The notes under the pieces are model-generated. The model saw only the letters and a program-made list of their open reading frames with translations. It had not been told where the DNA came from and did not search any database. Of a DNA stretch of 64,000 nt, positions 49,901 to 58,951 are shown in pieces. The position numbers were made by a program, and so were the translations under genes. The DNA is from Schmidtea nova (lineage: Eukaryota): the NCBI GenBank assembly GCA_044892505.1, contig CM097882.1, positions 333,064,001 to 333,128,000 on the forward strand, written 5' to 3'. Every line of letters begins with the position of its first letter. Within the stretch, counting starts at the first letter, position 1.

Positions 49901-52900
49901 CGTATGTGGCGAATCATTAAGGCGATGGCGAATGATGGGCGAACAGGTTACATTAATTGATCTTAAAAATGCTTATCTTCAGATCCATGTTGAAAAAGAC
50001 CTATGGGAGCATCAAAGGGTTAGTTTCAAAGGGAACGGATACTTTCTCACGAGACTCGGTTTTGGTTTAAATGTGGCTCCAAAAATAATGTCAACAATAG
50101 TACGAAAGGTATTACGTTTAAGAGAAGACATCAGGAAAGCAACAGACAGTTATATTGACGACATTATTGTCGACCAGTCGAGAATAAACGTCAATGAAGT
50201 AATAAGCCATTTGGCAACATACGGGCTAATTACAAAGCCACCTGAAGAGTTTGATAATGCAAGAGTGCTCGGTCTCCAGCTTCAAACGAGTATTAACGGT
50301 CGTACGTGGCACCGTGGAAACATTTTGCCAGACAACGAGTTTACAGACATGTCAAGAAGGGAGTTATTTTCACTCTGCGGACAACTCGTTGGGCACTATC
50401 CAGTTGCTGGATGGTTGAGAGTAGCGAGTAGCTATATAAAACGACACAGTGCTGGTAGTAAGTGGGATGACTCAATTGGAAAGATCGCGTTAAGAATGGT
50501 CAACGAAATGATGTATCGTGTGAAAGAAAGTGATCCGGTGTCTGGTGAGTGACACGTAAACAAAGAAGGATCTACAATTGTCTGGTGCGATTCAAGTAAT
50601 CTAGCATTAAAAGTGGTGTTAGAAATATCAGGTAAAATCGTCGAAGATGCATTATGGATGAGGAAGAAAAACGACTTTGCTCATATAAACCTTGCAGAGC
50701 TGGATTCGGTGATAAAGGGAATTAACTTAGCTATCAGCTGGGAAAGAAGCAACTTAGTTGTAATAACAGATTCCGATACCGTTAGGAGTTGGATAGATTC
50801 AGTTTTAACGGATACTTCTAGAATCTGAACTCATGGAATTGCTGAAATGCTAGTACGAAGACGTCTGCAGATTATCTGTGAATTACGAAAGAGTTATGAC
50901 TTAACGATCTCGGTTGAGTTTGTTCCGACAGATAAAAACAAAGCAGATGTACTCACAAGAGTCAGTAACAAATGGCTGACTTGGGTTAAATCGTGTGATG
51001 AACCAACTGTAAGCACCGTTGCTGTTATGAGCGAAGTGGTACGAGAAAGTCACAGACAGCATCATTTTGGAGCCAAGAAGACATTGTATTTTGCAAAGCA
51101 ACTTTGTCCAGACGTTACGCTTGAGGATGTTAAGGTAATAATCGGTGAATGTGTAGAGTGTCAATCTATCGATCCAGCGCCTGTTAAATGGGAGCATGGA
51201 GAGTTGAGCGTTAAGGAGACTTGGAAGAGACTGGCTATAGATGTTACATACTATCTAAGTAAGCTTTATTTGACTGTGATTGATTGTGGACCGAGTCGTT
51301 TCACTCTGTGGAGGGAAATAAGAAGTGAAGATGCGGAGACCATTACACGGAACCTTGAACAGATCTTCAGAGAACGAGGTCCCCCTGATGAACTGGTGAT
51401 CGACAATGCGACTTCATTTCGGTCAACACAAATGAAAGCATTGTGCTACAAATGGGGTGTAAAATGTGTGTTTCGATGTGCTTATCGGCCTTCCGGAAAC
51501 GGTATAATAGAACGAAACCATCGTACTATTAAACGTATGGCAGCCAGAACCAACAAGGGAGTATTGGACATGGTATACTGGTACAACCTAGCACCTAATG
51601 ACAAATGCGGAACGCCTCCATCCTCATCCGTGTTTTCATATTAGTGGAAAGGAGTTGGCGCACGTAATACAGAAGAGAAGACACAGTATACTTCGTTCCA
51701 AGTTGGCGATGCAGTTTACGTAAAACCACCAAATGCGAAATGCACCTCAACATGGGGTGAGGGGAGTGTAACGAAGGTAAATTCATCGACCAACTTCGAA
51801 ATCAACGGGATACCGCGCCACTATTCTGACATACGACCGGCTGTCAACGAAATGTCAGTGGATAACAACAACGATGAAGTACTAACAGGCGCTGATAATC
51901 CAACACTCGACTTATTGCGCCGTGATGAACGTAGAGGCAGGACCAGAAGACCTCGATATCTTGATGATTTTGAAACAAGTTTTAACGAGAACGAAGACGA
52001 AAATCACGGGGAGATGTAAAGATTTGTTTGAATACGCAGAAATTTGAGTAAAATAGATTTTTAAAATAAAGCGTGATTTTCTTGTCTTTATAGAAACAAC
52101 ACTAATATATGTATTTTCTACCGCTGATCATTTCGTCTCTAAATTAAGAACAAGGCTTGATGACAATTCCATTAATGCATTATGTTTTTTGAAATCCTAT
52201 TTCTTGAACAATTCGTAAGATTACTGAAAATTTTGATTAATTAAAGTACAAGTATCCTTTATTTATATCGAAATTATGCAAAAATCCTTGTTTAAAATGT
52301 TTTTTGTAAGTATTTTAAATTCGCACATATAGTTTTTTTGTAAAATACACAATTGTTAGAATCAAGAAGCTTAATCATTCCAAATAATTTATGTTTTTCG
52401 TTTTTTATGACTTTTAAAATAACTTCTAGTATAAATTTTATATTTTTATGTAATTTAAACGTACAAACCCATTTTTGATGTTTTAGTCATATTTTATCAA
52501 CCTTTTTTTAACTAATAGCGATTATAATATAAAGATAAAAATTCTTTAATAAACGTTTGACGGTAAATAAGATAATATAAAATAAACAGTAATTTATTAT
52601 CTAATATAACTTATTTAGAATTTTCTAGAAACTCCGGGATTTTTAATTTGAGAACCGCAAGATTACGGGATTGTAAAAAGTCGTCGGGATTGAAATCACT
52701 AGCCATGATGATTTTTTGAAAGTTAAAGTGTTATTTTTGATTATTTAAAGCAAAAAAACCAATTAATATAATATAACATTAATAATTTAATTATTAAATT
52801 AATGTCATTATTAAATTGAAAAGTATGAGGCACTACAGTCATCACATTATTTTTGCCATCAAAAAATTTTAACATGCTTTATTTCAGATGATTAATATTT

Positions 52901-55900
52901 TTTATTTTGTTCGCCTCTGATCTCTTCTTTTCTATTTTAGAAATTTCCATTTATTGTTTATCCAAAAAAGTTTTTAATTGTTACACTAATTAAAAAAATT
53001 GATCTATTGTCTTTATAAAACAATAAGTGATTATTTCACATGTGATAGACTGCGTTGCCCTCATATTTATTATCTCCATAAATTAAAAAAAAATTGGTGA
53101 TCTTCAAAAGTGTATTATTTATAAGTTATATTTAAACAATGTCAATCTTCTTACGGTAACAATACATAGGTAAAAAACAACAGGCAAATTCTGCAAACAT
53201 TCCATCATTTCATTTTACAGATATTTATTATAATTATAAATATTTTTTATACTTTGACCAATTATTATTCATATATAATGCTTATTAAACACTTAATTGA
53301 CTAATATTATACTTTTTCTTAAATTAATTACTGCATGAATAATTCAAAAGTTGAATATTCATCGCATCTTTATATTATTTAGGATTAGAAAATGAAAAAA
53401 AAATTAAAGGCTGTTCTATTCAAAAAAAAAATTTAAGATTATTTGTTATATCGCATGCCACCCAACCTTTCATTATTTGCATTATTATTTGTTTTTTCCC
53501 AGTTATTGGAGCATCATTGGATTGAAAACCATTATCCTGCAAAATGTATAAAATGCAAGAAGACTACAAAATTAGGGGCCAAATCTGGATTTCACTGCAG
53601 ATGGTGTAAAAGAACGATCCATAAATGCTGCATGGAAAGTTGGAGACCAACCTGTGACTTAGGAGACAACAAGGAACACATTCTTCCACCAATTTGTATA
53701 TATCCAAGTGTTTTGGTAATAGAAAATTGTTTTTATATTAATGATGATTTTTAAATGCAATTATATTTTTAAAAATGCTCTTTATTAGTTTTGGGGCATT
53801 GTCTTTTTTGATACAGCATTTCTTGACGAAGCAATTCGTCAAAATATGTTCATTTTGGCTTGGTAAATTTTTATACCTTCTGTATAAATATCTATTTGGA
53901 TGTTTTATGAATATTGAGTACAAATTTGGATTTTTGAGCAAAGAATTTTCAAAAATGTGATATGGTAAGGAAAACGTAAATAAGTCTGTTTTAAATTGAA
54001 TAATTATCAAGAAGAATAGTAAGATAGAAAGAGCTATGATTCTATTGTCATTTATTCTGAAGGTTTTGCTACGAATAAAAAATATGCCGTAGGTAGCAAT
54101 TCTAGAATAAAGGTTAAATATGGGAGATTCTTCAAAAAATGTAATAAATCGTTCGAATTTTTAGATGTTAGCATTCTTGAGGTATACCTGTATTTAATTT
54201 ATTCCCGTTAGCAAAGCTTTTTTTAATAATTTCTGATTCTAATATTAATTTGGATACTTTTTTACTTATAATGCTAATTCTACAAAAATTCAACAAAAAA
54301 TTATATTCTATATTAATCATCCTAATTTTTACAAAATTGCCTACTATCACTATTATCATAATTAATTAAAATTAAATAATTACACTGGGGAACATTGGAA
54401 ACTTTTTTTCGAGTGTTTTGATTTCATTATGTGATTCTGGTGTACTTTTTTATGCTGATCACGAATATGAAATCCGGTTTTCTCTATCACGTCCAGTTTG
54501 TAAAAACTTTTGCATTTACTTTTCTATGAAAACGACGTTTTTGCCCCACGCGTAATTTCTGTTCTTATATACACCCCATCTGTCCTAATTTAATTTCCAT
54601 CTGCAAACTTCCAAAACTGAGAAGAAGAACCTTTAAATATATTACAATATATTTACCTATAAGAAATACAGAGGCCATAATCTTACATGACACTCATACT
54701 GTGAGGGAGGTGATTAGTGTCTTTTACGAGCTTGTCTTTTGTGAGCAGAATTACCATGTCGTTTTAGACCCCAGCAGTAGTCAGCCATCATGCTCACATT
54801 CCAAAGGCCTTGATATCGCTGCTTCATTTTGGCTATATCTTGGTGAAACCTCTCACCTTGTTCCTCACTGTAAGCACCTAAATTATCGGGGAAGTAATCA
54901 AAGTGAGAGTGAAGATAGTGCAGCTTTATACTCATTCGGCAGCCCAGTTTCTCATAACTGTGGATCAAATTCTCGACACACTGTTTATAATTTTGAACTT
55001 TGTTGTTGCCTAGAAATCCCTCCACAACTGACTTGAAATCTAGCCACGCTGCTTTCTCGACAGAGGTCATTATTGTGGTGAAAGAGATGTCTTTCAAAAG
55101 ATCATGAATTTGAGGCCCAACAAATATACCCTCCTTTAACTTAGCATCACTAAGTTGCGGGAATTTTTTAGCAAACCATTTGAAAGTATTGCCTTGTTTA
55201 TTGAGCGCCTTAACAAATAATTTCATTAACCCGAGCTTGATGTGAAGAGGAGGAAGTAAAACTTTGCTGGAATCCACAAGGGACAAACTTTTCTGATTGT
55301 GTTGGCCCAGTGTGATTCTAGTGCGTTTTGGCCATTCGTTCTGTTTTAAATGACGGTCATCTGCTCGACTGTCCCAAAGACACAGAAAACATGGGTACTT
55401 GGTGTAACCACCTTGCAAACCCAAGAGAATGGCAATAACTTTTAAATCTCCACAAATTAGCCACTTGTGCTAATTGTACTTTAATGAGGAAAGCACAGTT
55501 TTCAGATTGTCATAAGTTTCTTTCATATGCACTGAGTGAGCCATAGGAAGCGATGACAGTTTATTGCCATTGTGCAACAAAACGTTTTAAACTCATCTTT
55601 GAGGCATCGATGAATAGTCGCCATTCATTAGGATTGTATGTGCCTCTCATTTGCTGAATGAGACCGCTGACATCATTGCAGAACACAAGAAGATCTCTGA
55701 AAGTAAAAAATCGAGTAAATTCTCTGTCACGGTTACGGTACCAGGCGTATGTAGTGTTAGGCATTAAAAGGTTTCCCTCTTGCAATCTTGACCCAAGAAG
55801 TTCAGCTGCTTTCTTGGGAAGATCTAAATCATGAACCAAGTCGTCCAGGTCTTCTTGAGCAAGCAATTGAGGAGCATTGGGTAATTCAACAATGAAATCT

Positions 55901-58900
55901 TGATCTGCAACACTATTTTTAGAGGAACTCGATGAAGAAACGTGTTCCGTGAGAGATGCAGGTGGATGGGGAACGGGGATGTCATCAGAATGAGGTGCAG
56001 ATACAGACACTGATAGAGAATGAGGATATGTAATGAGATGCTTGTTTCTTTTATTGTATCCCTTTATTGTCACCATACAAAAATAACAGTCATTCACGTG
56101 ATTTGTAGGCTCCCGCCAAACCATTGGAACACTGAAGGGCAGGCACCTTTTCAAACCCAACTTCCATTTTCTCAGGTTTTCTACACATACTTTACAAACA
56201 AGATGAGGTGCCCACGGCTTCTCCTGATACCCAATTGGCATCCAAAGTAGGCATGATAGCATTGCTTCACAAATGTAGTTATTGGAAGGCGTTGATTTTG
56301 AGGGGTAAATTGGCCACATATATAGCAAAATATATCTGGTGAATTGATGCAATGCCGATGCATGACGAATGGACTTGTGAATATAATGAATGACTACCTG
56401 TTCACGTGAGTCCATTAAAGTTATTAAAAATGGTGACTTCGCTGGCAAATCGTATTCCTTCTCTCTACCCTCCCTCTCTCTGGCTTATCTCACCTATGTA
56501 TTGATTACATTATACACTTGCGAGCAGCAAACAAATTTGACATACACCATCACACATCCTTTCTTCCCTTTCTTTGGGCCGATGGTTACCTGCATACATA
56601 CACTAATTTCCTTCTCACTCATCCCTACTAAAGCCTAAAATCACTTGTCACACACAGTCGTACTATCATTTACTATGCAATACAACATCAACCCCCGCAT
56701 ACACACACCGGAATATATTCTTTACACACACGCTATATATATACTACCCTGTCCCTTAACTTTGTGGGCTCTATTCCACACATTTCGTGGGCTCTGAAAA
56801 ATAGGTGTCCTGCACGCGCGCATGCACACACATACGAAGGAATAAGGAAAATGTATAAATGCATTATGCGCCATGTTCCTTCAAACAAAATATCATTGAT
56901 TTTGAGACAATTTGATGTGATGAGCCTAAACAATTATCATAATTTTTATTCATTCATAGCCTAGTTCACGAAAATATAGCAATCGAACAGACACAAAAAA
57001 TGATGTTCCCCAGTGTTTTTATTAAAAATTATTAAAAATTCTTTCAATTCATTTAAATGCATACTTTTACTCAATCCTAATATTTCATCATTTACAATTC
57101 CCATACATTCTAAATCATCAATATTTAAAAACTATAATTCATTTGATTAATTTTGATCAAACAATCATTCAAAATTATCTTAATACTCTTTTGTTGTTCA
57201 TTCAGATTTATCATATCAAAATAATTCTTGATTGAAAAAATAAATTTTTCCAGATCTTCTCTTAGATAATATAATTTCGGCTATGGAATAATCTGAAATA
57301 AAATAATCGTTTTCAAAATGTTGACTCCATTGAATTTTGTTTTAGGCTACATAATCACGCAAGTTAATTAAATTTAAATTAGATTTAAAGCTAAGTCTGA
57401 ATCTCGCCTAAAAATCATGATATTTTGTGCCACCCTCGTAATGAGGCAATTTATTATTTATTAACGCAAGTTAGTGGATGTCGCTTAGCCATTTATTTAA
57501 AATCTGACCATTCTATGAAAATAGTTTGGATGTTTGAATCATTTTTATTGATTTATGTGTTGGAATTAAATCGTTTGTAGACGACTTACTTTATGGTCGG
57601 GAAAGCGTAAGAGTTCGAGTGGTTTATGCTGCAAGATTTTGAACTTCATCCGCGCGCGATGATACTTGAGGATATTAAATATGCACATCATGAAGAGCTT
57701 TTTGAAATCCAATCAGGTTACAGTGAGCTAGAGTTCAAAATTTACTTATTTATGATAATTATAACGAATATTTGAAAAAAATTGAAAATATTATGTGAAA
57801 ATATTTTTTTAAAGAAGAATGAGTCCATACAGTTGAGGGACTTACAAAGAGCATAACAAAGTTGTTTATCAAGTTAGGAGAAAAGCAATCAGATATTGAT
57901 AAGCATTTGTGCCAACATGAGATTTTGGTTTTACATAATATTAATCATATTAATAGTTAAATAATTACTAAATGACAAGTTAATATTTTATGCATATTCT
58001 CACCTAATTAAATTTACTAGAAAAAATTTATCCTGTCATTTGGTAATTATTTAGCATATAATTTATGATGGCACCATACCAATACCGTATTGATTGTTAA
58101 TTTTCTACCAATTTTATATGGTCATATACTTATTTTCTTGTTTCTTTTCCTTGTCCATCCTATGCACCTTGCTTATGGTACCTAATGAATACGGCTAATG
58201 AATACGGCTAATGAATACGGCTCTATATTGAATGATATCAGAGAAATAAAATTGAGTTGAATTTTAATTTAATAAATATTATTGTAAAAAATGTAATTTT
58301 GGATCTTTATTTAACACTATACACACAGAATCACGGTGTTATATGTGTGATGCGGATAAATCTGAATCACCGTGCACAGCTCTCAAGTGCGAATAGCGGA
58401 TTTATCCCGCGCTCTACAAAAGATTTTGTGTTCTTTGGACTCAAGTGTTACTCATTTCAAAAGGGAAAAAATTATGGGGAAAATATAATATACAGACTTT
58501 AGTCTAACACACGAGTTCAGTGAAACAAGTGTATATTAAAAAGTGTATATTTAATTCCGCTTTTAAAGGGTTAAATAGTAAACAAAACAATAAAATGAAG
58601 AAATGACGATAAAAAACATCATTAAAATCATTATCTTCATCACCTTTGATTTTATTTAGAATCAGCTGGACCCTAATTAAAAATAATTCATAAAAATTAC
58701 CGAATAGAATGATAATATTTAATGGTGTAACTTAATTATTATTAAAACGAATAATTTATTATGTTTATTGTATTTATAAGGAAAGAAAACAAACCGCGAA
58801 AAATAAAGACGTTTCAAGTCTTGAAAGGACAAATGAGTGCACTAATCTGTCAGATTGTGTTACGGATGAAGTCGATTGTCATGAGAATAACACTGGAAAT

Positions 58901-58951
58901 TGTGAAAATATTTTGTCGCAGTCATCGAATTCGCAATTGTCTAATCAGGAG
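5768..58951 (+). CDS. dgk: Type I diacylglycerol kinase (DGK alpha/beta/gamma family), partial multi-exon gene; start and catalytic domain not located in window
   Basis: Exons 5768-6218, 6266-6370, 10109-10332, 15167-15241, 16260-16379, 32056-32173, 33522-33610, 53503-53715 and 58781-58951 have AG acceptors and GT donors and join in consistent phases (1,1,0,0,0,1,0,0). The translation gives the DGK N-terminal motif, [11 protein letters not shown]-hands and two C1 domains in canonical order. Confidence 0.93.
6266..6370 (+). CDS. dgk: DGK exon (G)[34 protein letters not shown]
   Basis: Follows a 47-nt intron (6219-6265, GT..AG). Phase 1 in and out. The HSRSSSKKS motif is recalled from invertebrate type I DGKs. 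Confidence 0.8.
6659..7550 (-). mobile_element. Decayed gag-like remnant of an LTR retrotransposon
   Basis: Degenerate zinc knuckle [14 protein letters not shown], Lys/Glu-rich broken frames, and TGGCGACCACG (PBS-like) just upstream of the ATG on the minus strand. Confidence 0.55.
7946..7991 (-). ncRNA. Decayed type I hammerhead ribozyme motif
   Basis: Minus strand reads TAGCA-CTGATGA-GAGC-CAAAA-GATC-GAAAC-TGG-GTA-CCA-CTA-GGCT. The core is canonical, with single mismatches in each of stems I, II and III. Confidence 0.6.
8054..8307. mobile_element. MITE with ~60-bp imperfect TIRs
   Basis: CACTGGATATCACATCACTTGGATTTGCCAGGCCTTACAG... is mirrored by ...CTGTAAGGCCTTGCATATACAAGTGATGTGTTATCCAATG. 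TA is present on the right flank only. Confidence 0.7.
8545..8716 (-). pseudogene. act: Actin gene fragment (decayed)
   Basis: [10 protein letters not shown]...[38 protein letters not shown] aligns with actin VAPEEHPVLL...[38 protein letters not shown], with one frame break at 8648-8651. Confidence 0.9.
8717..8880 (-). pseudogene. arf: ADP-ribosylation factor (ARF) gene fragment (decayed)
   Basis: [42 protein letters not shown] aligns with ARF1 [40 protein letters not shown], including the NKQD G4 motif. Confidence 0.9.
9095..9293. repeat. ~200-bp near-perfect palindrome carrying two divergent minimal hammerhead motifs (copy 1)
   Basis: Arms of about 98 bp around a 4-nt loop (9193-9196). 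The minus strand at 9155-9191 reads TACACAC-TTGATAA-A-GGC-TGT-GCC-GAAA-TATT-GTGTA. Confidence 0.85.
9383..9957. other. Assembly gap or masked run (N) with a 16-nt island
   Basis: N characters. The island at 9561-9576 is identical to 7431-7446. Confidence 0.99.
10109..10332 (+). CDS. dgk: DGK exon: ...[38 protein letters not shown] (first EF-hand)
   Basis: TTTCAG acceptor and GTGAGA donor at 10333. The peptide matches the family motif CYLSLLE.G.PEDKLEF.FRLYDTD.NG.LD. Confidence 0.95.
10554..13349 (+). mobile_element. Full-length hAT transposon, Buster/Charlie (SPIN/TcBuster-like) group
   Basis: TIRs CAGCG(T/G)TTCTCAAA, perfect 8-bp TSD CTCTACAG, and a transposase ORF in the middle. Confidence 0.96.
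11130..13066 (+). pseudogene. hAT Buster-type transposase, single frameshift in an A9 run at ~12486-12494
   Basis: BED-like zinc finger (PQCFLCSK...HLETVH), [38 protein letters not shown], and hATC dimerisation motif [15 protein letters not shown]. Adding one A restores a continuous ORF. Confidence 0.93.
13500..14335 (+). mobile_element. Decayed Tc1-type transposon remnant
   Basis: Broken frames read SDET...[28 protein letters not shown] (DD34E-family motifs). Boundaries are approximate. Confidence 0.75.
14700..14777. repeat. (TA)n microsatellite
   Basis: Direct reading. Similar tracts occur at about 3717-3792, 20952-20976, 30418-30443, 34012-34050, 34956-35020 and 40963-40984. Confidence 0.99.
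15167..15241 (+). CDS. dgk: DGK exon [25 protein letters not shown]
   Basis: 75 nt, phase 0/0, ATAG acceptor, GTATTT donor. Matches the family motif E...I..QMM.VA.YL.WD..EL.P. Confidence 0.93.
16260..16379 (+). CDS. dgk: DGK exon [40 protein letters not shown] (second EF-hand)
   Basis: 120 nt, phase 0/0, TAAG acceptor, GTAAGT donor. Hallmark [14 protein letters not shown] motif. Confidence 0.95.
16498..20146 (+). mobile_element. Compact LTR retrotransposon family B, full length (3649 bp), mutated
   Basis: 91-bp LTRs at 16498-16588 and 20056-20146 (TGTAGG...CTTACA, 1 difference), 5-bp TSD TAATT, PPT GGTGGGGA. Gag with two CCHC knuckles, protease LVDSGS, RT YIDDI, RNase H CDASL...HINLVEL, and DDE integrase. 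In-frame stops are present. Confidence 0.97.
16589..16600 (+). promoter_or_regulatory. Non-canonical PBS position, AGCTATCCGGGC (complement of tRNA-Lys(UUU) nt 1-12)
   Basis: Directly abuts the LTR terminal CA. Its reverse complement GCCCGGATAGCT is the conserved 5' end of eukaryotic tRNA-Lys(UUU). The gag ATG follows at 16602. Confidence 0.75.
20680..21055. mobile_element. hAT (Charlie-like) MITE
   Basis: TIRs CAGGGCTTCTTA(A/G)AC, internal GGGGTCGC repeats, and 8-bp TSD CAATAAAC/CAATATAC. Confidence 0.88.
21143..21590. repeat. Direct tandem duplication, period 228 bp, of the 3' part of the PK fragment
   Basis: GGAAGCTCACCGAAACG occurs at 21163 and 21391; the two copies are nearly identical. 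Confidence 0.95.
21401..22005 (-). pseudogene. pyk: Pyruvate kinase gene fragment (decayed)
   Basis: Frames read [84 protein letters not shown]. These are collinear with pyruvate kinase ([57 protein letters not shown]). Stops and frameshifts are present. Confidence 0.93.
23527..23707. repeat. Palindrome with hammerhead motifs (copy 2)
   Basis: Same family as 9095-9293, including the right-hand flank (..AGGTGAAACAAAAA.ATAATTAT). An intact + strand motif lies at 23613-23649. Confidence 0.85.
24197..29482 (-). mobile_element. Ty3/Gypsy LTR retrotransposon family C, full length but frameshifted
   Basis: LTRs at 29331-29482 and 24197-24341 (TGTTATA...TATAACA) and PPT GACGGGGGAA. Gag with three CCHC knuckles, protease LFDTGAD, RT (YLDDILV), RNase H (TDASN..IGAVLSQ), integrase and GPY/F-like C-terminus. 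Confidence 0.95.
29316..29330 (-). promoter_or_regulatory. Canonical PBS TGGCGTCACGAACAG (complement of the tRNA-Ser(CGA) 3' end)
   Basis: Adjacent to the 5' LTR on the minus strand. It matches the ...CTGTTCGTGACG-CCA 3' end recalled for tRNA-Ser(CGA). Confidence 0.8.
31256..31776. mobile_element. Tc1/mariner-pogo type MITE
   Basis: TIRs (C/T)AGTGGCCGCCGCTTATT(G/A)TAATCAC, TA flanks, and internal repeated GATAACA motifs. Confidence 0.88.
32056..32173 (+). CDS. dgk: DGK exon [39 protein letters not shown] (C1a, first part)
   Basis: TTTAG acceptor, GTACGT donor, phase 0/1. DDG.H.W.LKHF C1 motif. Confidence 0.95.
32590..33180 (-). other. GC-richer decayed coding-like remnant, possibly from a non-LTR retroelement
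   Basis: The minus frame reads [39 protein letters not shown]... with scattered stops. The family was not recognised. Confidence 0.3.
33522..33610 (+). CDS. dgk: DGK exon (F)[29 protein letters not shown] (C1a, second part)
   Basis: TTCTAG acceptor, GTAAAT donor, phase 1/0. Matches [18 protein letters not shown]. Confidence 0.95.
36845..37130 (+). repeat. Left arm of ~290-bp inverted repeat
   Basis: Reverse complement of ~38920-39206. The outer ~106 bp are identical and the inner part is increasingly diverged. Confidence 0.92.
37330..38130 (+). pseudogene. Leucine-rich-repeat secreted/membrane protein gene fragment
   Basis: Signal-peptide-like N-terminus, LRRNT-like C...[13 protein letters not shown] units ([22 protein letters not shown]) and [20 protein letters not shown]. 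Stop and frameshift at ~37882-37886; no introns seen. Confidence 0.8.
38127..38438 (-). pseudogene. Fragment resembling ZSWIM4/5/6-family proteins
   Basis: [18 protein letters not shown]...IWPEQSP...[24 protein letters not shown] aligns by eye with the recalled ZSWIM5/6 segment (..D.HLQHII...LWHEHVP...[24 protein letters not shown]). Confidence 0.55.
38439..38702 (-). pseudogene. N-terminal part of a PMP22/claudin-family (pickel/megatrachea-like) gene
   Basis: TM1 followed by SPYW, GLW.AC, ...Y.GC...[12 protein letters not shown], the first extracellular loop signature of invertebrate claudin-like proteins. It stops before TM2. Confidence 0.78.
38920..39206 (-). repeat. Right arm of inverted repeat; coding-like ([28 protein letters not shown]...) and apparently the end of a longer decayed frame starting near 39500
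   Basis: Direct comparison with 36845-37130. The same minus frame continues upstream with many stops. Confidence 0.85.
39869..40062. other. Assembly gap or masked run (N)
   Basis: N characters within an (ATT)n-rich context. Confidence 0.99.
41508..42770. mobile_element. hAT (Charlie-like) MITE interrupted by a solo LTR
   Basis: TIRs CAGTGTTTCTCAAAC and TSD CTCTAGGG/CTCTAGGT. Confidence 0.9.
41912..42679 (+). mobile_element. Solo LTR (768 bp)
   Basis: TGTTGGGGTTATTA...TAATAACCCAACA termini, TATA-like CTATAAAAG and AATAAA inside, flanks ATAC/ATAT. Confidence 0.75.
42779..45740 (-). other. Unclassified GC-richer repeat-like segment with short coiled-coil-like ORFs; possibly part of a large LTR element
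   Basis: Composition shift and short minus-strand ORFs (43348-43593, 44200-44463). No diagnostic TE motif was recognised. Confidence 0.3.
46914..48417 (-). mobile_element. Truncated Gypsy fragment of CsRn1-type (gag C-terminus, protease, RT start)
   Basis: Gag CHCC motif C-x2-H-x9-C-x3-C ([18 protein letters not shown], ~48190-48245), protease [11 protein letters not shown]...LAANSTPI...PILGSEF, and [14 protein letters not shown]...MPFGLKN...YLDDV. Confidence 0.85.
48418..52101 (+). mobile_element. Compact LTR retrotransposon family A, full length (3684 bp), mutated
   Basis: 87-bp LTRs at 48418-48504 and 52015-52101 (1 difference), imperfect 5-bp TSD CTATT/CTAAT, PPT GGGGAGA. Gag with two CCHC knuckles, protease LIDSGC, RT YIDDI, RNase H and integrase. 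Several stops and one gag frameshift are present. Confidence 0.97.
48505..48516 (+). promoter_or_regulatory. Non-canonical PBS position, AGCTATCGCGGC (complement of a GCCGCGATAGCT tRNA-like 5' end)
   Basis: Abuts the LTR terminal CA; the gag ATG is at 48521. It fits the GCCNNNATAGCTCAG pattern of tRNA-Phe 5' ends (tRNA identity is inferred). Confidence 0.65.
52110..52701 (+). mobile_element. 3' remnant of a hAT transposon (dimerisation-domain end and right TIR)
   Basis: [31 protein letters not shown], subterminal CGGGAT repeats, and terminal CGGGATTGAAATCACTA. Confidence 0.7.
53503..53715 (+). CDS. dgk: DGK exon [20 protein letters not shown]...[12 protein letters not shown]...[21 protein letters not shown] (C1b)
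   Basis: CCCAG acceptor, GTAATA donor, 213 nt, phase 0/0. Contains a C1 domain and the HILPP..I.P.VL motif. Confidence 0.95.
54383..57015 (-). mobile_element. Chapaev3-like (CMC) DNA transposon with frameshifted transposase (56363 to 54714)
   Basis: TIRs CACTGGGGAACAT and flanks TTA/TTT. N-terminal Cys cluster (FCYICG...CK.CVE...WREP.NH..DCYFC), [28 protein letters not shown]. The superfamily name is from recall. Confidence 0.8.
57385..57660 (+). rRNA. Decayed fragment of the 28S rRNA 3' end (pseudo-rDNA)
   Basis: CTAAGTCTGAATCTCGCCTA and AAATCGTTTGTAGACGACTTA...GGTCGGG...GCTGCAAGAT match conserved LSU 3'-terminal blocks in the right order. Confidence 0.55.
58781..58951 (+). CDS. dgk: Probable DGK linker exon [20 protein letters not shown]...SQLSNQE
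   Basis: TTTATAAG acceptor, GAG|GTAATT donor, 171 nt open, phase 0/0. Begins ER as expected after the P.VL motif. The sequence is low-conservation, so it is assigned by position and splice signals. Confidence 0.7.

Noticed and set aside
58300-58580. AAAGGG-TTAA end suggesting a second piggyBac or MITE
   Set aside because: No matching left TIR could be found.
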